DNA of 63,017 bases, counting the filler, from Octopus bimaculoides (lineage: Eukaryota), in assembly GCF_001194135.2 (NCBI RefSeq). It is 5 parts of 4 records of this genome, joined end to end, with 100 filler letters (N's around TTAATTAATTAA, not from the genome) between each part and the next. Parts side by side here need not be neighbours in the genome. Positions count along the whole stretch, not along the records: positions 1 to 13,845 come from NC_068982.1; 4 more parts are not named here. One strand, 5' to 3'. Positions 1 through 12,129 of this stretch are shown here, in pieces. The translations under genes and the position numbers were made by a program. Numbering within the stretch: the stretch's first letter is position 1; each line of letters starts with the position of its first letter. Under the pieces are notes generated by a model. The model made no database searches. It saw only the letters and a program-made list of their open reading frames with translations, and was not told where the DNA came from.

Positions 1-47
<47 letters not shown>
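1..47. repeat. (GA)n microsatellite
   Basis: Pure GA dinucleotide run at the window start. Confidence 0.97.
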
Positions 48-49
<2 letters not shown>

Positions 50-2463
50 CATTTCTGTTAAGTGAAAATTTTCACATTTGGTATATTGATGTACATTTTC
101 ACACTGAATCCAAGTTTGTGGTTCATTTCTTCCAGAAAATTTTAGAAAAATGTTACAGAGGTTTAAAATTTGATCATTGTTACTCAATCAGAAGACAGAA
201 TTTTTACATAATAGCTGTGATAAAATGAAAGTAAACAGGAGCCGAGTTTTTAAACAAAATGAAAGCAATGCAAAAGAATTAATACATATACAGAGAGAGA
301 GGGGGGGAGAGGGAGAGGAAAAGAGAGAGAGAGGGAAAGAAAGAGAGAGAGAGGGAAAGAGAGAGAGAAAGTGGAAAATATATAGAGAGATAGATTAATA
401 GTAATAGATAGTTTGAGATTTGTAGATTTAAAGGTTGAGTTATTTTTCATTGCAAATTTGTTTTGTATTATTATTTATATTTGGTATCAGTATTTATGGT
501 GAACATTATCTTTGAGATGCAGATTTTGAAAATCAAATTTGTTTTTTTTTGAGGAAGCACTATTTTAGAGCCTTTCAGGGTTAAACATGAATACATAACT
601 ACACACACTCACATTTATATAGTAGATATACATGTGTGTGTGTGCACATTATGTGTAAAACTGCACACATATACTTATATACACATATACTACAGGTTTC
701 CATACAGTTTCTGTGAGCCAAATTTCAGTCACAAGGAATTGGTTGACCTGAGACTATAGCAGAAGACTCTTGCTCAAGGTGCAAAAGAGTTGGACTGAAT
801 TAAAGCTATCAGGTTGCTAAGTGAACTTCTTGACTGTATAAACATGTTTGCACCAACAGTAAAGATGATATGTTATTTAGGCCTGTTATTGTTTTTACAT
901 GTTAAGACAATGCAAGAAAACAACAAAATTTTAAAACATTTCATGGGCTAAAATTCTATTGTCCTATCTACATGTTATGAAAAATAAAAAATGAATATTA
1001 TTGGAGATGTAAAATTTGTACCTACTTTTGATAAGTTAACAAGTTTCAACTAAATTTCAATATGAAATCTTACTGATTATAAGACAGATGATAATTCTCA
1101 CTGCAGTTTTTTCATTAGCTATCGATAGTTTTATTTTAAATATTATTGCTTTTATTTTGTCTTGTTGTTTCCTGTTTTAATGATATGATTTTCAATTGGA
1201 GTTGTGAAAGTAACAGATGGAAATTTTGTAATCAGAGAAATGACTAATAAGTTAAAACCATCATCATGAAAGTCATCAGCATTATCATTGCTTTTATCAC
1301 CTTTATTTTCATTGTTATAATAATCATGTTTCATTATTATTATCATCATCATACACATACATACATGTATAACAATTTATAGTTAACAAATGAATGAGAA
1401 GAGGAAAAATAGTATTAATTGAAATGGCCTTTTATTTTCTTTGTTACAATATAAGATACAACTTCGAGCTGGTGCTATGCATAAGTTATTTGCCCTTCTG
1501 CAGATAAATTCATCTTTTGTTAACTTCTTGTAGATTGGTGGAAAAAGGAGAGAGACAAAGAGTAAGAGCTGTGTAGTCCCTCTCATAAGGTGTTTCCTCC
1601 ATCGGTGCTGAAAGAAAGCAGAACCAAATTTTGGTTCTGTATTTATATTTTCTCTAACTAAATTAAGTCAGGCTGAACAAAGAGTGAGGAAGACAGGGGA
1701 AGGAGAGGTAGTGGTGAGTGAAATGTGTAATATTCTTTTTTGAACTAAGTTTTTTTACTCCGTTACTTAGCCCGTCTGTAATGCTTTCATGTGATTAGTT
1801 GAAGGGAAAGGTGAAGAACAAAAGAAAAAGAAGAGAGAAAAAGATGGTAAGGTGAAGAATGAGAGAGAAAGAGAGAGAAGTTTATTAAGTCTATAGAGTT
1901 GTGCAAAAAGTATATAAAATGTATACATAAAGTGCTTCAAGAAATCTTTGTATTCCAATTCCATTCACTTTTCAATGATTAACAGATGAGCGACTATCTA
2001 TGGCTATGCTTCTAGGCTTTTTGGATAAAGATTTCAGAAATAACCCAATAAGTTTACCATTAATTCTATGAAATATTCACGGGTCCAGTGAAATTCAACA
2101 AGGGTCTGTTGCAAAGGTTCTTCAATTCTTTTCAAATTTACACCATTTGTTAGTATCCATGAGAGGAGTAATTCCTGAAAATTTTATCCCCATACCAGTC
2201 AGATTTTATGGCCATTTAAAGTTTTGAGTAACTTCCAAAATTTTTGAAATATTAAATTTCTTTTATATTTAGGGGCCCATCATTCCAGATAGGTTTGATA
2301 CTATACCTTAGAAAGTAGGTTTCTTTAATCCCTACTATCTCAAGTCCCTCAGACACTAAAGATCAAACCTTTTAATTCAGTCAATGTAGAAAAAATTCCA
2401 ACCAACAATTACTAAAATCCACATCTTGGAGTCTATTTTAAAAATATTTCAAGTTTTCATCAG

Positions 2464-2486
2464 CTATTACTTAATAACAACAATTG
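2464..2486 (+). CDS. Candidate small exon (23 nt) of unknown gene
   Basis: ttttcatcAG acceptor and G|GTAAGT consensus donor; two of three frames open (YYLITTI or LLLNNNN). Splice signals only, no homology recognised. Confidence 0.3.
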
Positions 2487-4074
2487 GTAAGTATACCCTC
2501 TTCTCTAATCTTAAAGGAAGGTCTGAAATCTTAAAATAACACATGAATTCACTTACTGAAATACCTGTTTTCTTGCACAACAGTGGGGTCTAAAACAGGA
2601 CAAGGTGAAAAATTTGATGTTTTTTCAATTTTTTAACCAGAATAACTTCTTATCACTTAGCTGAAACTATATAAAACTATATATATTCAAAAATGCACCT
2701 AATAGTGAGTATAGAAATGTAAAACTATAGCATTTAAAACTACTCTAAGCATCAATTGTCATCCCCTGAAAATGGCTCAAAATGGAAATTCCCTGTTTTG
2801 TGTGTAGTTCAGGGCTGTGGAAATTAATGTGCAACAATTAGAAAAACTTTCAAGCCTGAAAATCTTTGGGCATTGACATCATGGATATGGCAGCTGCAAG
2901 GAGAGAAAGCAGCACCATCATTCAGCTTGTATTCATTTCCATTTATGTAGACTGGAGCAGCATCAAATGAAGTGTCTTGCTTCAGGACACAACATGCCAC
3001 CCAGCTCAGGAATCAAACCCAGAACCCGATCAAGACCTTAACTATTAAGCCACATGCCTTCATAAACTGTAATTATTTTATAACATAGACAACTGCATGT
3101 AGTCATTGTTTCCTGTCCAAAAGAAAAATATGCAATGAAAGCTGTAACAATTATCAGCTTTTTAACCCTTTAACATTTAGATTTCTTTGTCAAATGAATT
3201 GGATCATTCCAGTGAAACTCAACAAGGGTTAGTTGCAAAGGTTCTTAGATTCTACCAGAACAAGAATGAGAAGGCAAAGAATATGTTTATGTTTGCTTAC
3301 TACTACATAGGCATCTAAAACAATTAGAGAAGCATGGTACATACTCTCAAATCATATTCTTGTAACAGCTGTAGTTTAATCATAATTTGGCAAGACATGA
3401 TATATGTAGTAAATATCAAATGTATGCACAAAGAAAATGAAAATAAAATAAAGTAAAAGTTTAGTGTACTAAATACAAGAAACAAATTTGTTGTTCTTAT
3501 TTGGAGATATTTTATCAATACTAAGATAATTCAGCTTGATAACAAAAATTTTTATATGAATTAATTTTGTTTATTGCTTTAGACTGGTATGCAAATTTTA
3601 AGAAATCTATGGTTGTGTTGATGATGTTAAGCCAGCATCAAGGCATACAATTCATCTAAAGCTTTGACAATTATAACAATATCATAAATTTATCAATTAC
3701 TACAATACCTGACCTCTAATCTGGCTTTCAGAAATTTGGGATTTCCAGGAATCTGGGAATAGTGTCCAATACTGTGCAATATACTGTACCTTGTATTGAG
3801 TAAACAGACTCTGTTTGTTAAAGTTGGTTAATTTGTTTATGATGTGTTAAAATAGTTTAGTTCTTCACTTTTGTTAAAGTGGAATGATGAAGATTAAACA
3901 TACTTTGCTTCAGAAGTGTATTAATTTGTACCTGTATCTCTTAAAATCATGTTTTTTACTTTTTTTCATTTAGTTTTCATCCTATAAACATACAGTATAC
4001 ATTGTATAGTATAATAAGAATTTTAAATGGGTTAACAAATATCAAACAGTCCTTGCTTTAGAAGTGTATTAATT

Positions 4075-5269
4075 TGTAGAGAATGACCGTGCGAACCAAA
4101 GGAGAATGGTGACGAATGGAACAGGCTCCTTTTAAACGCGTTGCACGGTCGACACTCAACAAACTGGTGACCCCGACGTGATTCTGTTCACACAGCTTCA
4201 CTTAAATGGTGACTAAGTGCCAGCTATAGGACCAACCGTTCTTTCAGTTTTTTCACTACAATTATTTCCTGTTTTGTCTGTCTTCGACAAACCGACTGGT
4301 GCGACGCTATGTAGTGAAACCACCTTTCTCCGTTATTTATTTACAAATGCGAACGTAGCAGGTAACAACTCTTTCCCGCCTTGGACCCTGCTGTGTCATC
4401 ACCTGACTGACTTTTGTTTGCGCGGCAATTGTCTCCAGTACTGTTCGCACCAGGATGCAAACCGACCAATCGTGGCCATCTAATAAGGTCATGTGAGAGA
4501 GTATTTTTCTGATCTTTCTGGAGCCTCTCCGTACCTATAAATAGCCTGCTTTATACACGCCACTTTGTCGCGGCTTCAGATCTTCTAAGATCTGGTCGTT
4601 GACCACATAACACCAACCAGCCAGTTTCCAGCGACTACATCAACACCATCGTTCAACTGTTTACTACAAGCTTCCCCGACGTCACTACGTACACAAGCTA
4701 CCAACAGCAACCAAACAGCGCCCGCACAGGTTCAACCAATACTGTTGTGAAATATCTTCACCTAGGTTAACAGAACTCAACCTGCGAAAGACCATCTGTA
4801 TCAAGTAGCCCGGCCTGGCATAGAAGCCTCAACTGCACATGTGACTTAGCTCTGCCTCAACGCCTCAAACTCTTATATACAGACTTTCAAATCTACTGTG
4901 TACCTTAACTGAGAACTGGTATTTCCTTATCCGTGTTACTGACTCTTTTCTATGCTCTGTATCTCTTGCATTCACATACATATATTTGTATACACACTCT
5001 TTGTTTACATGACGGCCTGTCTTACATTGTGTTTTATTATGTCGCATTCACACTCACACACAGACATACAGTTTAATGCTCTAATAAACCTTACTGTTAT
5101 ACATCTTTACCGGTTGACTCCCTATCTTTTCCTTGCTGGCAAATTTCCTAGTTCTCTTATGTTATAGTATTATAACATATCATATATTTTGTGTCGACTG
5201 TGCGACGCGTTAAAAGGAGCCTGTTTCCATTCGTCACCATTTCTCCTTTGGTTCGCACAGTCGTCTACA
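4075..5269 (+). mobile_element. Non-autonomous element with ~80-bp TIRs (TGTAGA...TCTACA), 4-bp TSD, internal tRNA-Trp PBS and LTR-like core
   Basis: 4075-4155 is the imperfect reverse complement of 5191-5269; AATT on both flanks (4071-4074, 5270-5273); TGGTGACCCCGACGTGATT at 4165-4183; TATAAATA near 4536; AATAAA near 5083; no ORF of note. Confidence 0.8.
4165..4183 (+). promoter_or_regulatory. Primer-binding-site-like sequence complementary to the 3' end of tRNA-Trp(CCA)
   Basis: TGGTGACCCCGACGTGATT is the reverse complement of AATCACGTCGGGGTCACCA, the 3' end of metazoan tRNA-Trp including CCA (tRNA sequence from memory). Confidence 0.85.
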
Positions 5270-5620
5270 AATTTGTTAAATACATGTTTGTTCTTTTAAC
5301 ATTTTATCTTATATTTAGACAGAAAACTGGAAAATCCAGGACACTTCCAGTCCCAAACTGGCCAGTACTAAATAACTAAAACAACACTTACATTACTCCA
5401 CATGACATTACACAAGAACAATTATACAACCTAACTACTAATTACAGCAATCTTAGTAGAAAGCTCAGCTACAATTACAATTGTTTTTGCTACCCAGCTA
5501 TCTAATGACAGCCATAAACACAACAATTATACTTCCCAAATAACTTGAATGTAACATTAGGACAAATAATAATAGGTATAACATCTATATTGTCAAATAC
5601 ATACTTTTTCTATTTATTAG

Positions 5621-5627
5621 GAAGAAG
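5621..5627 (+). CDS. Candidate 7-nt microexon (GAAGAAG)
   Basis: tactttttctatttattAG acceptor followed after 7 nt by AG|GTAAGT consensus donor. Confidence 0.3.
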
Positions 5628-5681
5628 GTAAGTATAACTTATTGCAATCCACAGTAGAAACATTTACAGTATATATGGCAC

Positions 5682-6012
5682 AAACTAAAGCATTTGACCC
5701 GGTGACAAAAGAAAAAAAAAAAGTCTAATAGGTGTAAAACAACTTGTTGGGAACGAATATGAAGAAAAAAATGCACGCTCATGAACAGGTGGGTGGGGAG
5801 AAGGCTCGGAACATTCACATCGCCTCACCAGAGCCAAGAAACAAAAGAAAAATAGTGTAATAGATGTAAAACGACTTGCTCTGAATGAATATGAAAAAAA
5901 AAAAATGCGCGCTCGCGAAAGGCGGAGTGGAGAGAGGACTTGGAACATTTACATCGTCAGTCCATGGCCTCTAAACTATAGTGTTTGACCCGAGCTCAAA
6001 AGCAAAAAATAA
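5682..6012 (+). repeat. Interspersed repeat with ~132-bp internal subrepeats; inverted copy at 8635-8868
   Basis: tag(g/a)tgtaaaac(a/g)acttg...gaatatgaa...tgc(a/g)cgctc...ggaacatt(c/t)acatcg occurs twice; aaacta...tttgacccg recurs at 5682 and about 5975. Confidence 0.65.
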
Positions 6013-8003
6013 CACTGGTCAACAGCCAATTTTCATCAGGGATATTATATGGCGTTTTATATGTAGTTTTGTCTGCAGATTTCAAAAATGTAATTGGTTT
6101 CCTTCTATCAGGCACAGTTTTTCTGATGAGATAAGAGAGGTATATAACTCCCATCAGCAGTATCGCTACACGTAAACATCTTATACAGGTAAATTCTGCC
6201 TTCTGTTTTATAACTATTTGTATTCATTTTGTAATTTTATGTTTTCATAATCTTTTCTTTTCATAAATTTTACTTTCTGTTTAAGGTGCCAACTCATCAT
6301 CAAATTCTACTCGGGATGTCAAGGCATTGCAAGAACAGTCCTGATATATTTTGTCATGTTGTGGTTCATTTACCACCAAAGCTGAGCAACGTGTCATCAC
6401 AAGTGAAATCAAGAAGGTCAACCAGTTATACTTTGGCTGCTCTCTCGGGGATCAAGATAAGAGTTGGGCCCTGCACATCATCTGCAAATGGACTAAGGGA
6501 TTGGCTAAATAAGAGGAAGAGAGCAATGCCGTTTACAACACCTATGATATGGAGAGAGCCAAAGGATCATTTCATGGGCTGTTATTTCTGCAACATTAAT
6601 GTATGTGGGTTTACTGTAAAGACCAAGCATAAGATTGTGTATCCCAACTTGGAATCAGCAAGAAGACCAGTACCACACAACGATGATGATCTTCCTATTC
6701 CAATACCACCAGAAAATGGCCTTCAAATGTCTGACGAAGATGTATTTCCTGAAGAAAATACTACTGCTGTGGAAGACACTGAAGTGGATGCAGATTTCAC
6801 GATTGAAAATGAAGACGTACCACAGAAATTTTCTCAAGGAGAGTTAAATGATTTAGTCAGNNNNNNNNNNNNNNNNNNNNNNNNNNNNNNNNNNNNNNNN
6901 NNNNNNNNNNNNNNNNNNNNNNNNNNNNNNNNNNTGAATGGCACTTATTCATCGATTCATCTAAGAGAAGCCTCAAGGTAGTACTACTACACAACGGCAA
7001 TAAGAAACCATCCATTCCCATAGGACATTCAGTGCACATGAAGGAGTGTTATGAAAACATGCAAGTACTCCTCAATGCCATAATGTATACAAACTACAGC
7101 TGGAAAATCTGTGGAGACTTGAAAGTGATTGGAATGTTGATGGGAATGCAATCTGGGTTCACGAAATATTGTTGCTTTTTATGCCTATGGGACAGTCGTG
7201 CAACTAACAAGCACTATGTTTAATCAGAGTGACTTTGCAAAAATCATATGAGCCGGGAGTTTCTAGCGTCCAGAGCAAGCCACTTTTAAACCCAGAAAAT
7301 GTTCTTCTCCCTCTTCACATAAAGCTTGGCCTCATTAAACAATTCATAAAGACACTTGCCTGGAAAAGTTCAAAAGGTTTTGAATATGTGAAGGCCAAAT
7401 TTCCAAAAATCACAGAGGCAAAACTGAAGCAGAGTGTATTCATAGGTCTGCAGATAAAAGAACTCTTGAAGGACAACCACTTCCTCACAGCTACTGGATG
7501 AAATTGAGCTTAAAGCCTGGGAATCCTTCAAATAGCTCTGTGAAAATTTCCTAGGCAACAAGAGATCTCTAGAGTTTAGAAATGGAGTGAAATGTCTTCT
7601 AGACTCCTATGCTGCAATGGGCTGTCGGATGTCACTAAAAATCCACTTCCTTGATTCACATCTGGACTTTTTTGCAGAGAACCTTGGAGCAGTGTCTGAT
7701 GAGCAAGGGGAACGCTTTCATCAAGATATTGCATTGATGGAACAATGATATCAAAGATTTTGGAATGCAGGAATGTTAACTGACTACTGTTGGATGTTAT
7801 ACAGGGATGAACCTGAGACAAAACACCATAGAAAGTCCAAATCCCAAAGATTTTAAGTTGTTATGCATTCGAGTGTATTCCAACTTATTTGTACACAATA
7901 ATTTTAATTTTGTACAATAAAAAGCTATGAAATTATCGTATCTTGTATTCATTATACTTTATATAGACATGCTTTACGTATCCTATAAGTTAAAACAGCA
8001 GGT
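6013..8003 (+). mobile_element. Chapaev3-like (CMC) DNA transposon, decayed; right end lost in gap
   Basis: Left terminus CACTGGTCAACA at 6013 followed by a transposase pseudogene; family assignment from remembered motifs. Confidence 0.7.
6316..7856 (+). pseudogene. Transposase pseudogene (Chapaev3-type), frameshifts and stops, internal gap
   Basis: Motifs across frames: MSRHCKNSPDIFCHV, YFGCSLGDQDKSWALH, IWREPKDH..CYFC, WKICGDLKVIGMLMGMQSGFTKYCCFLCLWDSRA, LHIKLGLIKQF, MGCRMSLKIHFLDSHLDFFAENLGAVSDEQGERFHQDI, MLTDYCW; TAA at 7854-7856. Confidence 0.88.
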
Positions 8004-8513
8004 NNNNNNNNNNNNNNNNNNNNNNNNNNNNNNNNNNNNNNNNNNNNNNNNNNNNNNNNNNNNNNNNNNNNNNNNNNNNNNNNNNNNNNNNNNNNNNNNN
8101 NNNNNNNNNNNNNNNNNNNNNNNNNNNNNNNNNNNNNNNNNNNNNNNNNNNNNNNNNNNNNNNNNNNNNNNNNNNNNNNNNNNNNNNNNNNNNNNNNNNN
8201 NNNNNNNNNNNNNNNNNNNNNNNNNNNNNNNNNNNNNNNNNNNNNNNNNNNNNNNNNNNNNNNNNNNNNNNNNNNNNNNNNNNNNNNNNNNNNNNNNNNN
8301 NNNNNNNNNNNNNNNNNNNNNNNNNNNNNNNNNNNNNNNNNNNNNNNNNNNNNNNNNNNNNNNNNNNNNNNNNNNNNNNNNNNNNNNNNGTAAAGAACTG
8401 GATATTAATTAATATCAATTTAATACCATGGAACTAGTACATTGAAAGAATCAGGAGATTCTGAAAAATTATATGAGATCTCAAAGGATTATTGTATATG
8501 TATATATAAAGGA

Positions 8514-8582
8514 GACCACTAGGTGAACGGCTAATGTGCTAGAAGAATGTGATCTAGCATATTAGCCGTTCACATAGTGGTC
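8514..8582. repeat. Near-perfect 30-bp inverted repeat (hairpin, 9-nt loop)
   Basis: gaccactaggtgaacggctaatgtgctaga (8514-8543) pairs with tctagcatattagccgttcacatagtggtc (8553-8582) with 2 differences. Confidence 0.9.
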
Positions 8583-8596
8583 TTTATATATGTGTG

Positions 8597-8629
<33 letters not shown>

Positions 8630-8634
8630 TCGTT

Positions 8635-8868
8635 CTTGATATTCTTTCAGAGCAAGTTGTTTTACATCTGTTACCCTATTTTTCTTTTGTTTCTTGGCTC
8701 CGGTGAGGCGTCTCGGATCATTCACGATGTGAATGTTCCGAGCCCTCTCCCCCACCCCCCCGTTCGCGAGCGTGCATTTTTTCTTCATATTTATTCCCAG
8801 CAAGTTGTTTTACACCTATTAGACTAATTTTTTTATTATTTTTGTCACTGGGTCAAATGCTCTAGTTT
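8635..8868 (-). repeat. Inverted copy of the 5682-5895 repeat
   Basis: Reverse complement reads aaactagagcatttgacccagtgac...gtctaataggtgtaaaacaacttg...ggctcggaacattcacatcg...cctcaccggagccaagaaacaaaagaaaaatag. Confidence 0.8.
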
Positions 8869-9529
8869 GACCTAAAAATCACATAAAAGTCATAAAAACT
8901 CACATACATATGCATGCATACTCTGACATATATAAACATAAATATATATATATACACTTAAGTGTACATACATAAACGTCTATACATGCACACCAATGAG
9001 TCAATTGTTATTGTTATTATAAGGACACATATATATATCCACTCACACATCCATACACATATGTGTATATAAGTATTCCCTTACGTACATGTTTCCTGGT
9101 ACATAAGCTCTAGTTGAGTTTGGAAAGGGGGACCTGTGTATTGGTTCCTATCACTATATTTGGAGTTGATGTTCACTGGTTACTTCGACGCGAGAACCTT
9201 GAAGATTTACATCTATACGCTACATTTAGTAGTGGGCTACATCGTATCAAATTGATATGGCACATCAGATCCAGCCCGCTACAAGATGTATGTGTATTTT
9301 AGCGTGCGTATGTATGTGAGTGTGTGTATGTGTTGTGTGAGTATGAGTGGGTACGTACATGCACGTATGAGTATGTGTGTAAATATATGTATGTATGTAC
9401 ATATATATATATATATATGTATAAAATGTTTTTCAATTTTAACCGTTGTCTGCGGAAATAGTGACATATATATGTATAGACGGATAAGCGTATATATGTC
9501 TGTGTTCGTTTACCACAAATCTAATCATA

Positions 9530-10587
9530 CCATCTACGCCACGTTGGGTTTCTACAGGCCAAACCTACCCGGTAACATTGATACTCTTGCGACCCAGTGC
9601 GCGTACTTTAGCCCGGACCGTGCAACCATCATGTTTGGCATTGAGGTGTCGGTCCAAGGCCGACCTCGCTGCCAAAACTTGGGATGCAGAGCCCTTTCTC
9701 AGTGCCTCTTCTAACGTCTTAACTGTTTGCTAAATCTAATAGACTCGAGTCGAATGGCTCTTTTAGGGCAACCCACAACCGGTTATTCAACATGGTACTG
9801 GTGAGTGCCTCATGACGAACTCCTTAATCTGGCTACTGTATGTTTCGCAAGCCAATAGGGTCTTCTTCAACTTCCAGTAACCAGATCCCTGTCTGTGGAT
9901 TCTATCTATATGTACCTTGCACGTCACTAATTTGTGATCCGTACAGGATATATAAGCAAATTGTTGATGACTAAAGGGGGGACATATCTCTAGTATTCAC
10001 TACTATCCTGTCTATATAAGACCTGAGAGATCCGTAGTTATTACTCCAAGTCCACATTGGAACGCTCGGATTCTCGAATCTGAATCGATCTGCCAGCCTA
10101 AATCGCTTCAGCAGATCGACGAGGTGTGAGTTACTTTTCCCACCGGTTGAGCCAAGTTTCCTAATATTACTATTGTCTTTGACGTCACAAGAAAATCCTC
10201 CAGGCGTTGACAGAATTCATTCCGTTCGCCCGCTGTGCAAGGCGTGTAAATACCGATCAGCCTGAAGGTCTTACCACTGAAAGTAAGATCCAGAATGACC
10301 GAATCACCTTCTGGGTCTACAAAGATTCCGCGTGTCTGCAGAGCCAAGTTTTTTCGGATCAGAACTACATCGGCACCCCTTCCCTCTGTTCGACTAGGAG
10401 ACATGATTTTCTCATAGTCTTTCAGGTTTGAGAAGGCCTGCAGCTTATCCAACTTGGTCTCTGTAGCAACCATAATATTAGTTTCATGTGACCTGAGGTC
10501 GTCGAGGAAGTAAGCTTGCTTCCACTTCGAACTCAGGCCACGCACATTCTGACAGCCTACACGTAATGCATCCATGTCAAAAAACAA
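9530..10587 (-). pseudogene. L1/Tx1-clade LINE ORF2 N-terminus (APE endonuclease), RT missing
   Basis: ORF 10108-10587: QNVRGL, ATETKL, VVLIRK, FRLIGIY.P, VILGN are exonuclease/endonuclease/phosphatase-family motifs; decayed continuation WVALKRAIRLESIRFS. Confidence 0.85.
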
Positions 10588-10829
10588 GAAAAGAAGGAAA
10601 TTTGCCTACTTTAATCCAGGGGGAACGCTCTCTACCACTGAGGCTGAGACTACTCCCTTCGTCTCTTCTAAGGTGGGTTCCTTCGGCGGGTCGAACACTT
10701 TGAGCATGTCTATTAGTTCGCTATCTCTTTTGGATATCTGTTTTTCAGATCTTTGTAAAGATCTCGGGGTCATTTTGCAATGCTATTTGGGTTTTTAGCA
10801 TTGCTAGTCCTGAAAATGTTGCACTTTAG

Positions 10830-11495
10830 TGATGCTTGATTATCCCCAACATGGTTTGTTAGTGTTTTTAAACACTACAGTGACGAGTATTCAGTTGAAT
10901 AAAATTACTGCTGTTGTTTGTCAACAACAACTATCGGCGGTGTATATTTCGTTTGTCACTGTTATTTATGACATATTTCATCTCAGTTACGTTTGTATGA
11001 ATAAACGAGTGTGTCTGAAGCACGTTTACTTCATGATACCACCATAATCCCTTGTGCATTTCTACTGCTTTTAGGTATTTTTTCCTGTTTTCCTGAATTT
11101 TTTTGCCCCCCTACCCCTCCAATTTCTTCATTTTTCACTTTTTTCCGTAACCATAACCCTAACCCTAAACAGAAAAATTGCTGTAAATTTTTTTTAAAGC
11201 TAAAACCAGTACAAACGCACGAACGATGTCATAAATAACAGTGACAAACGAAATATAAACCGCCGATAGTTGTTGTTGACTAACAACAGTAATTTTATTC
11301 TGCTGAATACGTCATTGACAGGTTGAAATTACAATTTAACATGAAATAACTTCGAAAATACTAACTTTTCTCAACAACGCTAAGAGTAAAAGATGTTCTA
11401 TATGACACATTCTACCAGTATACGAAGTTTCAAAGTGTTTAGTTAAAGAAAATTAATTAATCGAGCTGCCTATGAAAAGGAAAAGATCCGAAGAC
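10830..11495. mobile_element. Composite MITE-like non-autonomous DNA element, related to 43606-44215
   Basis: ~95-bp inverted repeat 10880-10978 / 11226-11318 around a taaccctaacccta core; 11330-11495 matches the reverse complement of 43610-43770 including aaaagatccgaa. Confidence 0.55.
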
Positions 11496-12129
11496 ATTCT
11501 TTTCCCCCCAACAGAAGACATTTTCCAAAAAAATTTCACAATTTCACAAAAATAGTAATAACAAAACACGTTCCACAATGGAACACAGTCCGCACAAAGG
11601 TAATAAACAAATCCTTCCCCCGTGGAGGAGGATAACAATTTCAACAATAAATATCTGTAAAAACAGTTCAACAATGTCTCCCTTACGAGAAGCCACAATA
11701 AAAAATTAACAATTCCTGCAAGCAGGCAACAATGACATAAACGTTTCAGGTACAACAATAATAAACATACACTCCCAGCCAATAATTAGCTCAAACAAAG
11801 TTGCTCTCGCTAACTGACTTTGGCTTACGGAGTTCTTACTTTTATTGCTATCCAAAACCAGCCAGAAGGATAGACATATTGTTGAGAACAATAGAGTTTG
11901 TTGGAGGTCTGTGATATTTCTATTCTAGCTATTGGTAAAGGGTCAAGTGGCAAAGCATTACTCTGCTTATTGATGGCATCTGGCAAATATAACTGCTGTC
12001 ACTCACAGAAAAAAACTATTGTTTTAGCGTGAGAAAAGTGGTGTTGAAATTTGGCGATCGAGGATCGAATCCATGCTATGCTTGCATGAAGTCACTACAC
12101 ATAATGTGCCAGTTGGAAAAGAGAAGAGA

